This document shows, piece by piece, positions 6,739 to 17,237 of a stretch of 28,447 bases of DNA. How positions within the stretch are numbered: the first letter of the stretch is position 1; each line of letters begins with the position of its first letter. A model generated the notes under the pieces. The model saw nothing but the letters and a program-made list of their open reading frames with translations, made no database searches and had not been told where the DNA came from. Source of the DNA: a virus (lineage: Duplodnaviria > Caudoviricetes); the IMG/VR virus record IMGVR_UViG_3300049859_000116, positions 1 to 28,447 of that record. One strand, given 5' to 3'. A program made the position numbers and the translations under genes.

Positions 6739-8486
6739 AAAGAATCCAAATCGATCCCTTCATCTTCTGCAATTTGCTGAAAAGAATTAGCTGCCTTTTG
6801 TAAGGATTGCGGAGATCCCTTTTTAACAGCATCAAATGTTCTGATAATAATATTCTGAAACTTTGGATCGGTTAGCAATCGTGTTTGAAGTCTAGAAAGA
6901 GCTTCCTTGCTTATATGTGATCCAGCAATCAACGCAGCTGTTTTATAATGACCATTGGCAATAGCATATATAAACCCTGCACCTTTGGCTGTATTTACCC
7001 ACCCAGAAAGCTTTCCTCCTTTTTGAAGAGATCCTAATGATTTTTGAAAATCACCAGTATCTTTTGCTACTTTTGCAATTTCTCTTAAATTAGAAGTTTG
7101 TGTATGGCCAAGACCTTCTTCTAAAATGTCCCAGTTTTTTCTTTTATCAAAAAGTTTTAGCATTTTATTCCAATCTATCCCTTCGACAGTAGCCGCTTGA
7201 GATAAAAGATTGTTTACTGCCTCAGCTTGATAGGCCCTTTGAACGCCATGATTTACTTCCTCAAATCTTTCTGCTAATTGACGACCTTCTGGGCCGGAAT
7301 TTCTAAATGTAGATTTAATTCCATTTTTTACATGTGTAATTAATCTTTCCCTATATTTAGGATCAACCCATTTACCAAGTCTATTTAATTCCTGATAAAA
7401 ATTAATCATTCGTTCAGCATTGGGATTTTCTGCCATAGCAGCGGCAGCGCCTTCTAATCTTTCAATGAAAGGTGCAGCTTCTGGATTTTCTCCAAGTGTG
7501 TTTCTTAATCTGCCGATGACATTATTTACCGTTCTTTGGAATCTAGTTGGATTTGTGATAGTGACATTTCTTCCACTTCTTGCAACCTGACCATATGCAT
7601 CTCTGGCAACTTGATGAATATGCTCGACTCCATGTTCAATTCCTGGAAATACATCTGATAAGATTTCGCCAAATAAAGCCTCAGATTTGCCCAAGGTTTC
7701 ATTAAAAGCCTGTTCTGATGCTTCGGTAGCTTTAGCCTTTTTAACTTGATTAGATCCTGCTTTATGAGCGTTTACAGCGATTGTAATTTCTTTGTCGGTA
7801 TATCCAAGATTTCGTAAAGCATTAACTCTAGCTTGTATGACTGGATCTTTAGAATTTAATGGATTTGACTTTCCTTGAGTGGCTAGAATTGCTGCTATTT
7901 CGGCTGTCGCTTGAACTAAGGGACCACCACCTAATTCTTTGGCGGTTTGTCCCGCTGCTCCGGCGGCTATAGCTGGCTTAGGATTTTTAAATTTAAATGC
8001 TAAGTTTTGTCCATAAATTGTAGATGCGCGATCGGCAAATTCTCCGGCAGTTGTTAATGGAGATCCAGGACCGCCAATGTCTTCTATATTATTTTTTAGC
8101 TCTTGAGTTTGTGGCAATCTTGAAAATTGAGGAGCAATATCTTCTTCATGAGATAATCCATAAATATCATTGTAACTGGGTTTGTACCCAGGTTTCTGCA
8201 TTTTTTCTAGAATGTCGGACTCAGAAGTATATTTTGCCTGTTCGCCAGGAGTGATATATTCTTCTGGGGGATTTACTCCAAATAAATTTGCAATATCCCC
8301 ATATGCTCCAAGTGATCCAGCGGTCACTCCTTTTACTGTTTGACCTACCGCTTCTTTGGCGCTTTCTAAAAAATGCGTTTTTAGTTTTTGGAATTTATTT
8401 TTTAAATGCTTAGGCCGTTCATATTCTCCAACTGGCACGCCACCATAAATGTCATCATTGTCTATTTCGTCAGTGGGAATGGTCAT
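6735..8486 (-). CDS. DNA ejection (internal virion) protein, positional analogue of P22 gp16
   Basis: 583 aa, alpha-helical/charged with Ala/Gly hydrophobic patches; third of three genes after the tail nozzle; ATGA overlap with the upstream gene. Confidence 0.6.
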   Translation of the reverse strand: MTIPTDEIDNDDIYGGVPVGEYERPKHLKNKFQKLKTHFLESAKEAVGQTVKGVTAGSLGAYGDIANLFGVNPPEEYITPGEQAKYTSESDILEKMQKPGYKPSYNDIYGLSHEEDIAPQFSRLPQTQELKNNIEDIGGPGSPLTTAGEFADRASTIYGQNLAFKFKNPKPAIAAGAAGQTAKELGGGPLVQATAEIAAILATQGKSNPLNSKDPVIQARVNALRNLGYTDKEITIAVNAHKAGSNQVKKAKATEASEQAFNETLGKSEALFGEILSDVFPGIEHGVEHIHQVARDAYGQVARSGRNVTITNPTRFQRTVNNVIGRLRNTLGENPEAAPFIERLEGAAAAMAENPNAERMINFYQELNRLGKWVDPKYRERLITHVKNGIKSTFRNSGPEGRQLAERFEEVNHGVQRAYQAEAVNNLLSQAATVEGIDWNKMLKLFDKRKNWDILEEGLGHTQTSNLREIAKVAKDTGDFQKSLGSLQKGGKLSGWVNTAKGAGFIYAIANGHYKTAALIAGSHISKEALSRLQTRLLTDPKFQNIIIRTFDAVKKGSPQSLQKAANSFQQIAEDEGIDLDSF

Positions 8487-9739
8487 AAAACAGTGTATCC
8501 TTTTTCTTGCAGCCTTTTGACATTTTTCTTAGGAAAATATTTTAATTCTCCTTTTTCTGTTTTCATCAATATATGACCAGATGGAGCTTTTTTCTTGTAT
8601 TGATCTATTTGAGTCTGCTCATCTTTATTAAGAACTTTTTCTAGATCTCCAATTTGCCTATCAATTCTTTCTCGATCTTTTTCAGTTCTTTTTCTGGCGA
8701 TTCGTTCTGCGTCTGGAATATCAATATTTCTAGGCCCATATTCTGATAAAACATCTTGTAAAGCTTGATGTTCAATATTCATCAATTCCTGCGCATAAGA
8801 CATTTCTTTTAAAATAGCAGCTCTACCTTCTGCAGAGTTCCCCAGCGTAGGAAGTCTAGCCATAAATCTTTCTAAGTCAAAGTTGGTTACACGAGATCCA
8901 AAGAATTCTTTTGCTCTAGAGATGAAATCATTCACAGTTTTTTGATAAAGCTGTTGAGCAGGAGTAGCCAAAGCAGGGACTAAAAGATCACCGGTAAATG
9001 GATTTATATTCCAAATTCTTTTTCCTAAATCTTCTGTTTCATTTAATTTAGAAAGATTAGCTAAAGCCTTGGTTTCTCTTTGACCAGCTGATAATTGCTT
9101 AGATAAATCTTCTACAAATGGAGCTGCTATAGCATATCTTTTATCTTGTCTCTGAACTCTTTCTTTTGGAGTAAGCCCTTTATCAAAATCTTTTATCTTT
9201 TCTACATTCCTAGGCTCTTTCTCGTTTTCTATTTTGGGCACAGAATTTTCAATTCCAATGGGATTTTCATTTTCTTTTGTCTGTTTTAAAAGAGTTTCGA
9301 GGTAGTCTTCTCCGCCACGTTCAGCATAATCTCTTAAATACTTAAAGATTTCGGTTTGACCACCAGTTGTAGCTTCTGAATATAAATCTGCTAATGGTTC
9401 TGGTAATCCAGCTTTTAACAGTTTATTTCTTGTTACTCCCTTTCTTTCTTCTGCGATTTGTTCTTGTCGAATTTTTCGCGCCTTATCAGTGATCTCAGAA
9501 ATGGAATGTGCAACTTTTCCTTTTTGTTCGAAATCAAGTCCACGAGCAGCATAAATTTTTCTGATCACATCATTAGGATCGGAATCTGCATCAACATCTT
9601 TAAATATTTCTTGTAAAACATCAGATTCTTTTTCGTTTTTTCTGTCTTGAAGAATTCTGCCAGAAAAACCGCGACCAAAATTCCCAGCGGCTCTAGCTAA
9701 TGGATCTGGCGCTGCATCGATTACTTGATATTGTGGCAT
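8483..9739 (-). CDS. DNA ejection protein, positional analogue of P22 gp20
   Basis: 418 aa coiled-coil-rich, FGSRVTNFDLERFMARLPTLGNSAEG motif; synteny. Confidence 0.6.
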   Translation of the reverse strand: MPQYQVIDAAPDPLARAAGNFGRGFSGRILQDRKNEKESDVLQEIFKDVDADSDPNDVIRKIYAARGLDFEQKGKVAHSISEITDKARKIRQEQIAEERKGVTRNKLLKAGLPEPLADLYSEATTGGQTEIFKYLRDYAERGGEDYLETLLKQTKENENPIGIENSVPKIENEKEPRNVEKIKDFDKGLTPKERVQRQDKRYAIAAPFVEDLSKQLSAGQRETKALANLSKLNETEDLGKRIWNINPFTGDLLVPALATPAQQLYQKTVNDFISRAKEFFGSRVTNFDLERFMARLPTLGNSAEGRAAILKEMSYAQELMNIEHQALQDVLSEYGPRNIDIPDAERIARKRTEKDRERIDRQIGDLEKVLNKDEQTQIDQYKKKAPSGHILMKTEKGELKYFPKKNVKRLQEKGYTVL

Positions 9740-9740
9740 A

Positions 9741-10433
9741 TTATCCCCCTATTGTCGGTTGAGTGCCAGGTGTCTGTGGTGTTTGCGTTGGAGCATTTGG
9801 CGTGACATTAGAGCGTTTCTTTAGATAGTCCCCAAGAATATCTCCAGCACCCCCAGCTAAACTTTCTAGAAGAGTGTCGAATATTGAAGATTGTGGCCGT
9901 TCATTCACATGTGTCTGTAATCCCAAGATGTTATGAAGTGCATTTGACCGGCGATCTAAACTTGATTGTTGCCCTCCATAAAGCAATTTAGCCATCTGTG
10001 CATTCAGATTATTCTGAACATTGGTGCCAGCTTGGGAAAGTGCCCCTCCAAGATAGCTGGAATTTTGCAGATTCTTTCCGCGAAATGCCCCAGTGATCTC
10101 AGGGACTATATTCTGTTGGAATTCTTGGTATGCAGGTTCGGCAAAGTTTGTCTTATAATAGTCCTGCATCAGTTGCGGATTGAATTGCCCATACACATCG
10201 GCCAATGGACCACCACCTCCTTGTAGAGCTTGGCTTTGCTGTTCGTATAATTGTTTTTGGTATGGATCAAAAGTGCTTAACTTGTTGTTTGGTTTCTTAC
10301 TATTGTCTCCAAAAAATCCACCAATAGCTCCAAGTCCTCCCCCAATTAGCGCCCCATATGGCCCTCCAATTGCTCCTCCATAAGTCGCTCCCGTACCGGC
10401 TCCACTTAATCCTGATTTCCAATCATATGCCAT
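9741..10433 (-). CDS. Pilot/ejection protein with N-terminal glycine zipper, positional analogue of P22 gp7
   Basis: GLSGAGTGATYGGAIGGPYGALIGGGLGAIGGFFG followed by Gln-rich helices; follows tail genes. Confidence 0.65.
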   Translation of the reverse strand: MAYDWKSGLSGAGTGATYGGAIGGPYGALIGGGLGAIGGFFGDNSKKPNNKLSTFDPYQKQLYEQQSQALQGGGGPLADVYGQFNPQLMQDYYKTNFAEPAYQEFQQNIVPEITGAFRGKNLQNSSYLGGALSQAGTNVQNNLNAQMAKLLYGGQQSSLDRRSNALHNILGLQTHVNERPQSSIFDTLLESLAGGAGDILGDYLKKRSNVTPNAPTQTPQTPGTQPTIGG

Positions 10434-10442
10434 ATGTTTTCC

Positions 10443-10721
10443 TTATGAAATTTGTGTCCATGTCACAGCAACATCAGATGTCCGATTAGTCATGATCCAT
10501 GCTTTATTTGTATCAGTCCTGACGCATAAATCTCCTATATCATAATTACGATTTACCTGGCTGTTGGCAGGTGCATCGGATCCAGATATTACCAGCTTGC
10601 TAGACTTTGTGTTTAAAACCGTTGAGGTGTCTGTATATGCCTTCGAAAGCTGATTATACAGATCATTTCCCATTGATTGAATTTTAGATCCCCAATTGAA
10701 AGTACGCGACAATGTAGGCAT
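10443..10721 (-). CDS. Small tail-associated protein
   Basis: 92 aa, TAATG-coupled to the nozzle gene; AP...YDIGDL...W motif similar to N-termini of fibre genes 3822 and 5416. Confidence 0.55.
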   Translation of the reverse strand: MPTLSRTFNWGSKIQSMGNDLYNQLSKAYTDTSTVLNTKSSKLVISGSDAPANSQVNRNYDIGDLCVRTDTNKAWIMTNRTSDVAVTWTQIS

Positions 10722-13117
10722 TATATTAACCTTCCTACACCAGCGAATCCTGGCATCATTGCTTGGATCTGAATTACTGAAAGCGCTTGGGTATTTGTGA
10801 TCTTAAATTGGATAAATCGTGCTGTCTGATTTATGAAAATCTTAACCCATCGTTTGCTGCCAAGATCGCGTCGGTCTGGAGTACAGTTGATGCGGTAGGG
10901 GTGTGAATATGTTACCAGGGATGAATCTTCCACTTGGGTCACTGTATTATTATCATTTGTGATCACTTCGATATCGATAAAACATTCTTCTGGTCCCGCT
11001 ACTACTCCGCCGCTCGTATATACTGAATATGCAGAAGAATCGATCTGGTCTAATGAAAATGTGTTTTGATCAATCACTGTTATTGTCGATTGGTTCCCAT
11101 TGATCTGGGTCATGCCCAGGGCTCCATAAACGGTCACCATTTGACCAGTTTTGAACCCGTGGTTATTTGCGGTCATATATGCTGGATTGGACTGTGTAAT
11201 GGCATCGATATTGACGTTTCTGGTCAATCCGGTATTCGATGCAGATACGTACATGTAAAAATATCCGCATCTTACTTTTTGCGCATTCTGCGAGAATGGA
11301 TTAAACTTTTTAGTTGTTGACTCAAACGGTATAACGCGCGAAGCGAAACCACCGCTAGCATAGCTAGAAAAGCGGCTAGTAGGAATGTCAAGCTGAAATA
11401 TATAATTTGGAGTGATAACATTTTTAATGGCTCCTTGTTTGTCGTTTGCTTCTGTCATTCCTGAAATTCCATTAATAAATATGTAATCACCAATAACAAA
11501 ATTATTGAAGTCTGTTTCTACCTGCAGGGTGTGGGCATCGATAACAGTAATATCTCGTATGCGAACTGGGTTGTCTTCAATACCGTTTACATTTAGCCGC
11601 CAGATTTGACCGTTCTGACCGCCCCCAATTGCAAATGGTAAACCCTTGGTATAAGAAAATGCTTCCCAATTGCCAAAGCGTTCAGCCATCTCATCCCAGT
11701 TGGAAAATTGCAGCATGTCATTCCAGGTGGTATCAAATGATTCGATGAAATTTCCCATACAGCTTAAGGGCAATCGATATACAGAAAAATTATCTTCTTC
11801 ATAATTGGTTACCAGAATGCGATCAGATTGTGATTGCTGGGGCGATGGATGTATGAGATAATGATCCCTATCTTCATCCACGGAACCAGCAAAGCATAGA
11901 TTAAAATGGGATTGATCAATCGAATTAAACGAGTATTCTGGAATCTTATCGTCAATCCGCTGCACTCTATAGCCGTCGGTCAAAATAAGTCCCCGTGGAC
12001 TTGCAGTAGTCGTCCGGTTCAAATACGTGATGCCGGAATATGGGGCTGCAGATCCCCGGCTACTGTCCAGACGGTTCAAAGTGAAAGGAACAGTATCGTT
12101 GCCCGTATATTGCAAAATCCAAGTGGACTGTTCAGTAAAGATAACAAGATCGTCCCTATTGAAAGCAGCCGCAAATATCCACGAAGCGTCGGGTATATCA
12201 ATTACGCCCGCCCCGGTCGCTGTACTATCGAAAACATCGCAATTAACGCCAGTTCCAGAGATTCGGATCCGCCGGCCATAAACTGTGCCGTCTTCTATGG
12301 TCCTAAGAAGGAGCAAACGATCTTTCATCTGAAAGAGTAACATTGCAACAAGAGTAGTAACACCAGTGAGAGTGAAACCATAATCTGTAATAGTGCTTCC
12401 ATCATATACTTGAATCGGATCTTTATTGTTGTCAAAAATCAATCTTGGATTATTAGAAGCATCTGGATAATTTACAGAACTGAAAAAATTGGAGTTATTT
12501 CCTGTATAAGGCGTTGCTCCAGAGATATCTTCTAGTCGGTTTGTGCTGGGATTATATCGATTGACGTACATGGTATCTGCCACAATTAATTGCCGGCTAT
12601 TTGTAGCAGTATAAAAATTCGCCACCATCATCACAGGCAGTCCAGGATAATAGTCATAATCTACAGTGATGGCTTGTGCTCCAGCGACAACAGAATTAAA
12701 CGTCACGCTCATTGCGCCGCTGGTATAGTCAACTGTGCCCGTTCCCCCAGCTGGAGAAGTTACGAAATTTCCATTGCCATCATCTACGGCTGTTTGCGCT
12801 GCAGCGGTAATCGTTATGGATCCACGGCTTAATGGGATATTTGCGGCAGTATGCGTATATGGTCCAACTGTACCATCTCCTGTCCCATATGCTTCTGATG
12901 TTATATTGTGGACAATGCGCGATTCTGTGTATGTTGAACCACCTTCGTTTCCGGTTGCGAACTGATCATATCCTGGTCGTTTTTGCCATACACCACGATA
13001 CACAAAGCCATCAAATAAGCTTTCTTGCGCTTCATCAGGCAATAACCATGGTTGAACTGCGTTATCCAGTCCTGTGGCATATTTAGCGATCAAATATGGT
13101 GTGTATGATGCGCTCAT
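10721..13117 (-). CDS. Tail nozzle / packaged-DNA stabilisation protein (P22 gp10, T7 gp12-like) with inserted surface domains
   Basis: 798 aa beta-propeller-like (G.W.KRPG start, RIRISG, DLVIFTEQSTW, GSAAPYS), C-terminal RFIQFKIT; contains two E1-FCCH-like inserts and one beta-sandwich insert; synteny after the adaptor. Confidence 0.75.
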   Translation of the reverse strand: MSASYTPYLIAKYATGLDNAVQPWLLPDEAQESLFDGFVYRGVWQKRPGYDQFATGNEGGSTYTESRIVHNITSEAYGTGDGTVGPYTHTAANIPLSRGSITITAAAQTAVDDGNGNFVTSPAGGTGTVDYTSGAMSVTFNSVVAGAQAITVDYDYYPGLPVMMVANFYTATNSRQLIVADTMYVNRYNPSTNRLEDISGATPYTGNNSNFFSSVNYPDASNNPRLIFDNNKDPIQVYDGSTITDYGFTLTGVTTLVAMLLFQMKDRLLLLRTIEDGTVYGRRIRISGTGVNCDVFDSTATGAGVIDIPDASWIFAAAFNRDDLVIFTEQSTWILQYTGNDTVPFTLNRLDSSRGSAAPYSGITYLNRTTTASPRGLILTDGYRVQRIDDKIPEYSFNSIDQSHFNLCFAGSVDEDRDHYLIHPSPQQSQSDRILVTNYEEDNFSVYRLPLSCMGNFIESFDTTWNDMLQFSNWDEMAERFGNWEAFSYTKGLPFAIGGGQNGQIWRLNVNGIEDNPVRIRDITVIDAHTLQVETDFNNFVIGDYIFINGISGMTEANDKQGAIKNVITPNYIFQLDIPTSRFSSYASGGFASRVIPFESTTKKFNPFSQNAQKVRCGYFYMYVSASNTGLTRNVNIDAITQSNPAYMTANNHGFKTGQMVTVYGALGMTQINGNQSTITVIDQNTFSLDQIDSSAYSVYTSGGVVAGPEECFIDIEVITNDNNTVTQVEDSSLVTYSHPYRINCTPDRRDLGSKRWVKIFINQTARFIQFKITNTQALSVIQIQAMMPGFAGVGRLI

Positions 13118-13731
13118 TATCCCCCAAAGAACATTGCTGTGATTGCGATGAAACTGCTTGTATTGGATCCATTAGACACTTGACGTACTGCCAGCTGATA
13201 ATCGGTCGTAGTAATGTACTGTCCATAGGATGCACTTGATCTGGTTGTTGCAATCAATCCATCTGTGCTCGAAGTAGGAACAACAGAAAACGATCCTAAA
13301 TAAAATCTAGAAGGAAAGGCCGATGTAAAATTAATCTTGAAAAGTCCAGTGCCCACAACATTTATAGAAGTCACATTGAACTTAGCATTGCCAGAATTCA
13401 ACACAGTGCCGCTAGGATCGAATATCACCCATGCACGAAGGGGAAGACAAGGGGTGACCTGATATACGTTGTTTAAACCGTCTTTAAACGATAATTGATT
13501 GGTTGCATCTGAGGAATTGACAAATCCCTGGCCAACAGTTCCATCATTTCCCGGGACTGAAATTGGCAGCATTTTAATATTCTGGTGATATCCATCGTCA
13601 GTCGCTGCAGAATCGTTGAATTTATGATTTGCCCCAAATAGTGTCTTTAAGCGGGTAAAGTTATCATTTCCCTGACCCGGAAACAAACCAGGAGACTGAG
13701 AGGAATTTGGGACGTTGGTTTGATAAGCCAT
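13117..13731 (-). CDS. Tail-associated protein (short fibre/needle-like)
   Basis: N-terminal anchoring helix plus C-terminal AWVIFD...FNVTSI...GTGLFKINFTSAF domain common at phage fibre tips; AGGAG RBS. Confidence 0.55.
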   Translation of the reverse strand: MAYQTNVPNSSQSPGLFPGQGNDNFTRLKTLFGANHKFNDSAATDDGYHQNIKMLPISVPGNDGTVGQGFVNSSDATNQLSFKDGLNNVYQVTPCLPLRAWVIFDPSGTVLNSGNAKFNVTSINVVGTGLFKINFTSAFPSRFYLGSFSVVPTSSTDGLIATTRSSASYGQYITTTDYQLAVRQVSNGSNTSSFIAITAMFFGG

Positions 13732-13739
13732 ATTTTCTC

Positions 13740-14414
13740 CTAGAAGGTGGGGTAGGGTCTTTGGTTTTGGTATTGTTGGTTAGTTCTGGCATACATCATC
13801 GAGCGGTATCGCATAAACGCTGGCATCGTCTGATTGTATTTATCCATTTCCCCATAATCGCTAAAGATATCCATCGAAGCGCCATATGCCACATATCTCC
13901 AGAAATACGAATTTGTGATCTCATCTGATGGCGCATCAAGAACGGCTTCAATCATGTTCGCTTGGATTTGGATGACATATTCTTGATTGGGGGGACCACG
14001 GAAAATTAGTTCATTATTATAATACAAAACATCTTGCGGTCTCTGCGGAGTTGCACCTGTAACTTGGGGCCATTTAGCGAAGAACACTGCAGGGTCCTGA
14101 TACCACCATAATGCAAATCGTGTGATCTGAGATGGGCTGACTTGGTTGTCTACCCAAACATAAGCGGGTGGGCCGATCGTGCTATATCCCAGCGTAGCCA
14201 AATCCACGGGGAAAGGATCGACTGTAAACTGGTCTATAGTGAACTCCCACCATGTTTTATTCTCAAAAAGCCGCGCATCTTGCGGCATTTCTAAGTTCAG
14301 AAAATCATTGACGTAACCGAGCATAATTGTATCGGTAAAAAGCGGATCAGAAGCGTCAACGCGCCCAGTGACATTCCTAACGATCTGTATAATTTCTGCA
14401 CCGGTTTTCGGCAT
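13740..14414 (-). CDS. Head-to-tail adaptor
   Basis: IIQIVRNVTGR...FTDTIMLGYVNDF start, PQDVLYYNNELIFRGPPNQEYVIQI, YVAYGASMDIF end: typical podovirus adaptor layout; synteny. Confidence 0.7.
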   Translation of the reverse strand: MPKTGAEIIQIVRNVTGRVDASDPLFTDTIMLGYVNDFLNLEMPQDARLFENKTWWEFTIDQFTVDPFPVDLATLGYSTIGPPAYVWVDNQVSPSQITRFALWWYQDPAVFFAKWPQVTGATPQRPQDVLYYNNELIFRGPPNQEYVIQIQANMIEAVLDAPSDEITNSYFWRYVAYGASMDIFSDYGEMDKYNQTMPAFMRYRSMMYARTNQQYQNQRPYPTF

Positions 14415-14424
14415 GATTTCTTCC

Positions 14425-14844
14425 TTACAGTAGGTCTAACAGCTGACAAGAGAATCTGTTCTTCTCGCCAACTTGTTTTGTTTCGGTATATTTGCTTCCT
14501 GGCTCGATTTTAACTTCTTCGAAGATTGGAGTAGATAATCGGTTCAAGAATCGAACTACTGGCAAAGATAAGTCATAAACTTTCCCTGGTTTCAATTGAC
14601 CTTTCCAGTCAATCTCACGTGTTCTAAGTCGGCTTTTTAAGACGTTTTCTGGCTGATCAAATCGCTGAAATTTAACGCGGACTTTTTTGTGAACTGCTGA
14701 CTCTTCATTTGGAACTTTTACCGGTCGCCCTTGTTTTCGAGCCCAGCGATTATATTTGTCATAATCTTCCATGGTTAATAGAGCCATCGATGTGTAATCA
14801 AATCCTTCATCGATCATGATGTCTTCTTTTCTTCTAGCTGCCAT
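14425..14844 (-). CDS. Hypothetical protein between capsid and adaptor genes
   Basis: 139 aa, AGGA RBS, L.PG.VYDL.LPV.RFLN motif; function not recognised. Confidence 0.6.
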   Translation of the reverse strand: MAARRKEDIMIDEGFDYTSMALLTMEDYDKYNRWARKQGRPVKVPNEESAVHKKVRVKFQRFDQPENVLKSRLRTREIDWKGQLKPGKVYDLSLPVVRFLNRLSTPIFEEVKIEPGSKYTETKQVGEKNRFSCQLLDLL

Positions 14845-14859
14845 TTTTTATCCTGTGTT

Positions 14860-14890
14860 AATGAAGGGTGAGTTTCCTCACCCCTTTATT
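14860..14890 (-). terminator. Intrinsic terminator/attenuator after the capsid and decoration genes
   Basis: Minus-strand GGGTGAG-GAAA-CTCACCC (7-bp stem, GNRA loop) followed by TTCATT, just after TAA of 14898..15602. Confidence 0.7.
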
Positions 14891-14897
14891 TAAATTC

Positions 14898-15602
14898 TTA
14901 TGCAGATCCTAAGTTGTAATAGCTATTAAATTGGTAAGCAGCGATATAAATTACATCGCTAGAGTTACCCATTACAGCTGTACCCAAAGTATAAATATAA
15001 GATGGTGGAACGTTTACAATTCCTAAATCAGGACCGGTCAAAGTGGACTGGCCCCCTGACGTATAGGTTCCTGAAGTTGTTACAGGAAGACCATAAACAT
15101 CATATAAAGAGAAAGTAGTACTATTTAGAACTTTAATAACAAATGTTTGGTTGTTAACAGATGCTCCTAAAGATCCAATCACTTTAGTAATAACTACTCG
15201 ATCTCCAGTGGTGTAAGCAGCTGTACTACCTACGGTCACAACGCCCGGAGTGGCCGCCGTAATCCCGGTGATTGTTTTGTGCTCATTTGGAAATCCGCCA
15301 GCTGTACTTGCGTTAGTTACTCCATTCGTTGCTTCTAATGTAGAAGTCAACGTGGTGGTTCCTCTGGCAATGATCAAAGCGTCCCCAGCTGGGAAATCTC
15401 TGAACCAAACACCCTGAAGGTTATTTGAGTCAGTAGCGTATTTAGTATAATTAAACCATTCAATTTTATCTGCCACGAAAGGCAAAGTTAAACTGTACGC
15501 AGCGCCCGCAGAGATAATATACCCTGCATAGCTGTTAGTAACTAAGCTAGACTGAACAAGTCCAGTCGTTAAGTTTGAAGAAGTACCGAGTGATGCTGTC
15601 AT
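14898..15602 (-). CDS. Capsid decoration/cement protein with inserted E1-FCCH-like domain
   Basis: Directly after the MCP and before the terminator; AAGGAG RBS; insert ITGITAATPGVVT...TGDRVVI...VNNQTF...TFSL. Confidence 0.7.
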   Translation of the reverse strand: MTASLGTSSNLTTGLVQSSLVTNSYAGYIISAGAAYSLTLPFVADKIEWFNYTKYATDSNNLQGVWFRDFPAGDALIIARGTTTLTSTLEATNGVTNASTAGGFPNEHKTITGITAATPGVVTVGSTAAYTTGDRVVITKVIGSLGASVNNQTFVIKVLNSTTFSLYDVYGLPVTTSGTYTSGGQSTLTGPDLGIVNVPPSYIYTLGTAVMGNSSDVIYIAAYQFNSYYNLGSA

Positions 15603-15612
15603 AATTTTCTCC

Positions 15613-16557
15613 TTAAGCTGCTGTACATCTGAGGTTTATGACCCAACTATCGTCGAGGATCACGCAACCAAGACGGCCCTTCCAGCCCATCGTTTGTCGC
15701 TGATTCAACGCGTCTTCACCCGCTCCGAGCGGCTTGATAATCATTTCCATAGATTGATCATCAATTGCAATTCTTCCATAAGCGTTCGCCGCGAACATAA
15801 AGTTGCTATAAACATATGGACTTGTAGTTGTATCAACATAGCCTTCGGAAGTCATAACTACGCGAACTTCATCTAAAGAACCGTACTCAGCTTCTAATAC
15901 TGATTGTTGTCTTGGATATTGTGCAGTTGATAAGAAATTAGATAGATTCTTAACATTACTACGGATAGCAGTATTAATAATCATCCAAAAAGCCGCCCAA
16001 ACTGGAGCAGTTCCAAAAGCGTTAGTTCCTTCTTCGTTCGGACTTAATTTTTTACCGTTGTTTTCTGTTAAATAGTCAATTGCTAATTCGACATCGGTAG
16101 TTGTAATTTCCGTGATCGCATTACCATTAACTCCATTTAAACAATCGATCTGCGCCGCGGTCGCAGCGAGCATATTACGAATTAATTTATCATAAGTGGA
16201 CCACATGTTCTGAGTTAGCATATCCGCTACTTCATTACTTGTTTGATCCTGGACAGTGATAATAACATCATCGCTAAGTTCAACTACTTTACCGTATTGT
16301 GAAACAACGGCTGTAATATCAAACTTAGATACTTGTTCGGCGTTCGGGGTTACCCCTTCAGTCAACGGCGTGAGGGCGTCGGCTAAATTATCGAAACGTC
16401 GAAAGATTGCGCTCTTACTGTTCTTCTGTGGAATTCTGCGTTCTTGTGCAAAATAACCATGAACATAATAAGGCTGATGACGATCTAGAAGAATATTATC
16501 GAAATAGATTCCGACTTCTGGATCGACTTGTGTAGTGGTTGTTACGCCGCTTGCCAT
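15613..16557 (-). CDS. Major capsid protein, N4-gp56 family (HK97 fold)
   Basis: IPQKNSKSAIFRRF, LTEGVTP, QYGKVVELSD, EYGSLDEVRVV, IIKPLGAGEDALNQRQTMGWK are N4-gp56-family hallmarks. Confidence 0.92.
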   Translation of the reverse strand: MASGVTTTTQVDPEVGIYFDNILLDRHQPYYVHGYFAQERRIPQKNSKSAIFRRFDNLADALTPLTEGVTPNAEQVSKFDITAVVSQYGKVVELSDDVIITVQDQTSNEVADMLTQNMWSTYDKLIRNMLAATAAQIDCLNGVNGNAITEITTTDVELAIDYLTENNGKKLSPNEEGTNAFGTAPVWAAFWMIINTAIRSNVKNLSNFLSTAQYPRQQSVLEAEYGSLDEVRVVMTSEGYVDTTTSPYVYSNFMFAANAYGRIAIDDQSMEMIIKPLGAGEDALNQRQTMGWKGRLGCVILDDSWVINLRCTAA

Positions 16558-16574
16558 TTAAAGGCTCCATGGGT

Positions 16575-17237
16575 TTAGTAACCCCGGATAGCTTTACGCT
16601 CCTGCGACCATTCTTTCTTTCCACGCAAACTTCTCATATAATCACCCTGGCTCATATTGGCTGATTTTCCCATCGCAACGGGATTACCTGGCTTTTTAGA
16701 GTTATCAACAATGCGTTTTGCATCATCAGCCTTGGATTGTTTGGCTGCCGCTGCGGGCGCATAATCTTGGACGATTTCGTATGCACGGGAATACCGGTTT
16801 GGTGCGCTCTCAATCGACTGCGCTAGCCAAGGTTTCCTGTCTATAATTTCTTTTAAGTGCATGTTTATCTGTTTGATTGCCTCTGGGTTTGCATCTTTAA
16901 ACGCTTCTTCAGATATGTCTCTTTTCATCTGGGCAAAGTCTTCTTTGCTCAAACGGTCTTTAAACTGCTTTAGGTCGCGTTTATTCACCAAGTCTTCATC
17001 ACCATCGTCTTTGGAACTTTCATCGCGTTGTCGGGCTTCTAATTGCGCTTTCTGTTGCAATGCCAGTTCTCTTAGGTAGCGATTCTCTTCTTCTCTTTCT
17101 TGTCGCTTTTGTCTTTCGGCTTCAAGCGCAGAAAGTGGTACTTGGCGCTCAGTTTGATCAATTACTTGATCATCTGACCCAGCGTCGATAACCGGCTCGG
17201 AGACAGCTGATTGATCGGCTTGAGTTTGTTTATTCAT
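16575..17237 (-). CDS. Capsid scaffolding protein
   Basis: Charged coiled coil with VPLSALEAERQKRQ motif, immediately upstream of the MCP. Confidence 0.8.
   Translation of the reverse strand: MNKQTQADQSAVSEPVIDAGSDDQVIDQTERQVPLSALEAERQKRQEREEENRYLRELALQQKAQLEARQRDESSKDDGDEDLVNKRDLKQFKDRLSKEDFAQMKRDISEEAFKDANPEAIKQINMHLKEIIDRKPWLAQSIESAPNRYSRAYEIVQDYAPAAAAKQSKADDAKRIVDNSKKPGNPVAMGKSANMSQGDYMRSLRGKKEWSQERKAIRGY

Noticed and set aside
13731-13742. TAG read-through of the adaptor gene
   Set aside because: Next gene is out of frame (8-nt gap) and the TAG is explained by overlap with the AGGAG RBS
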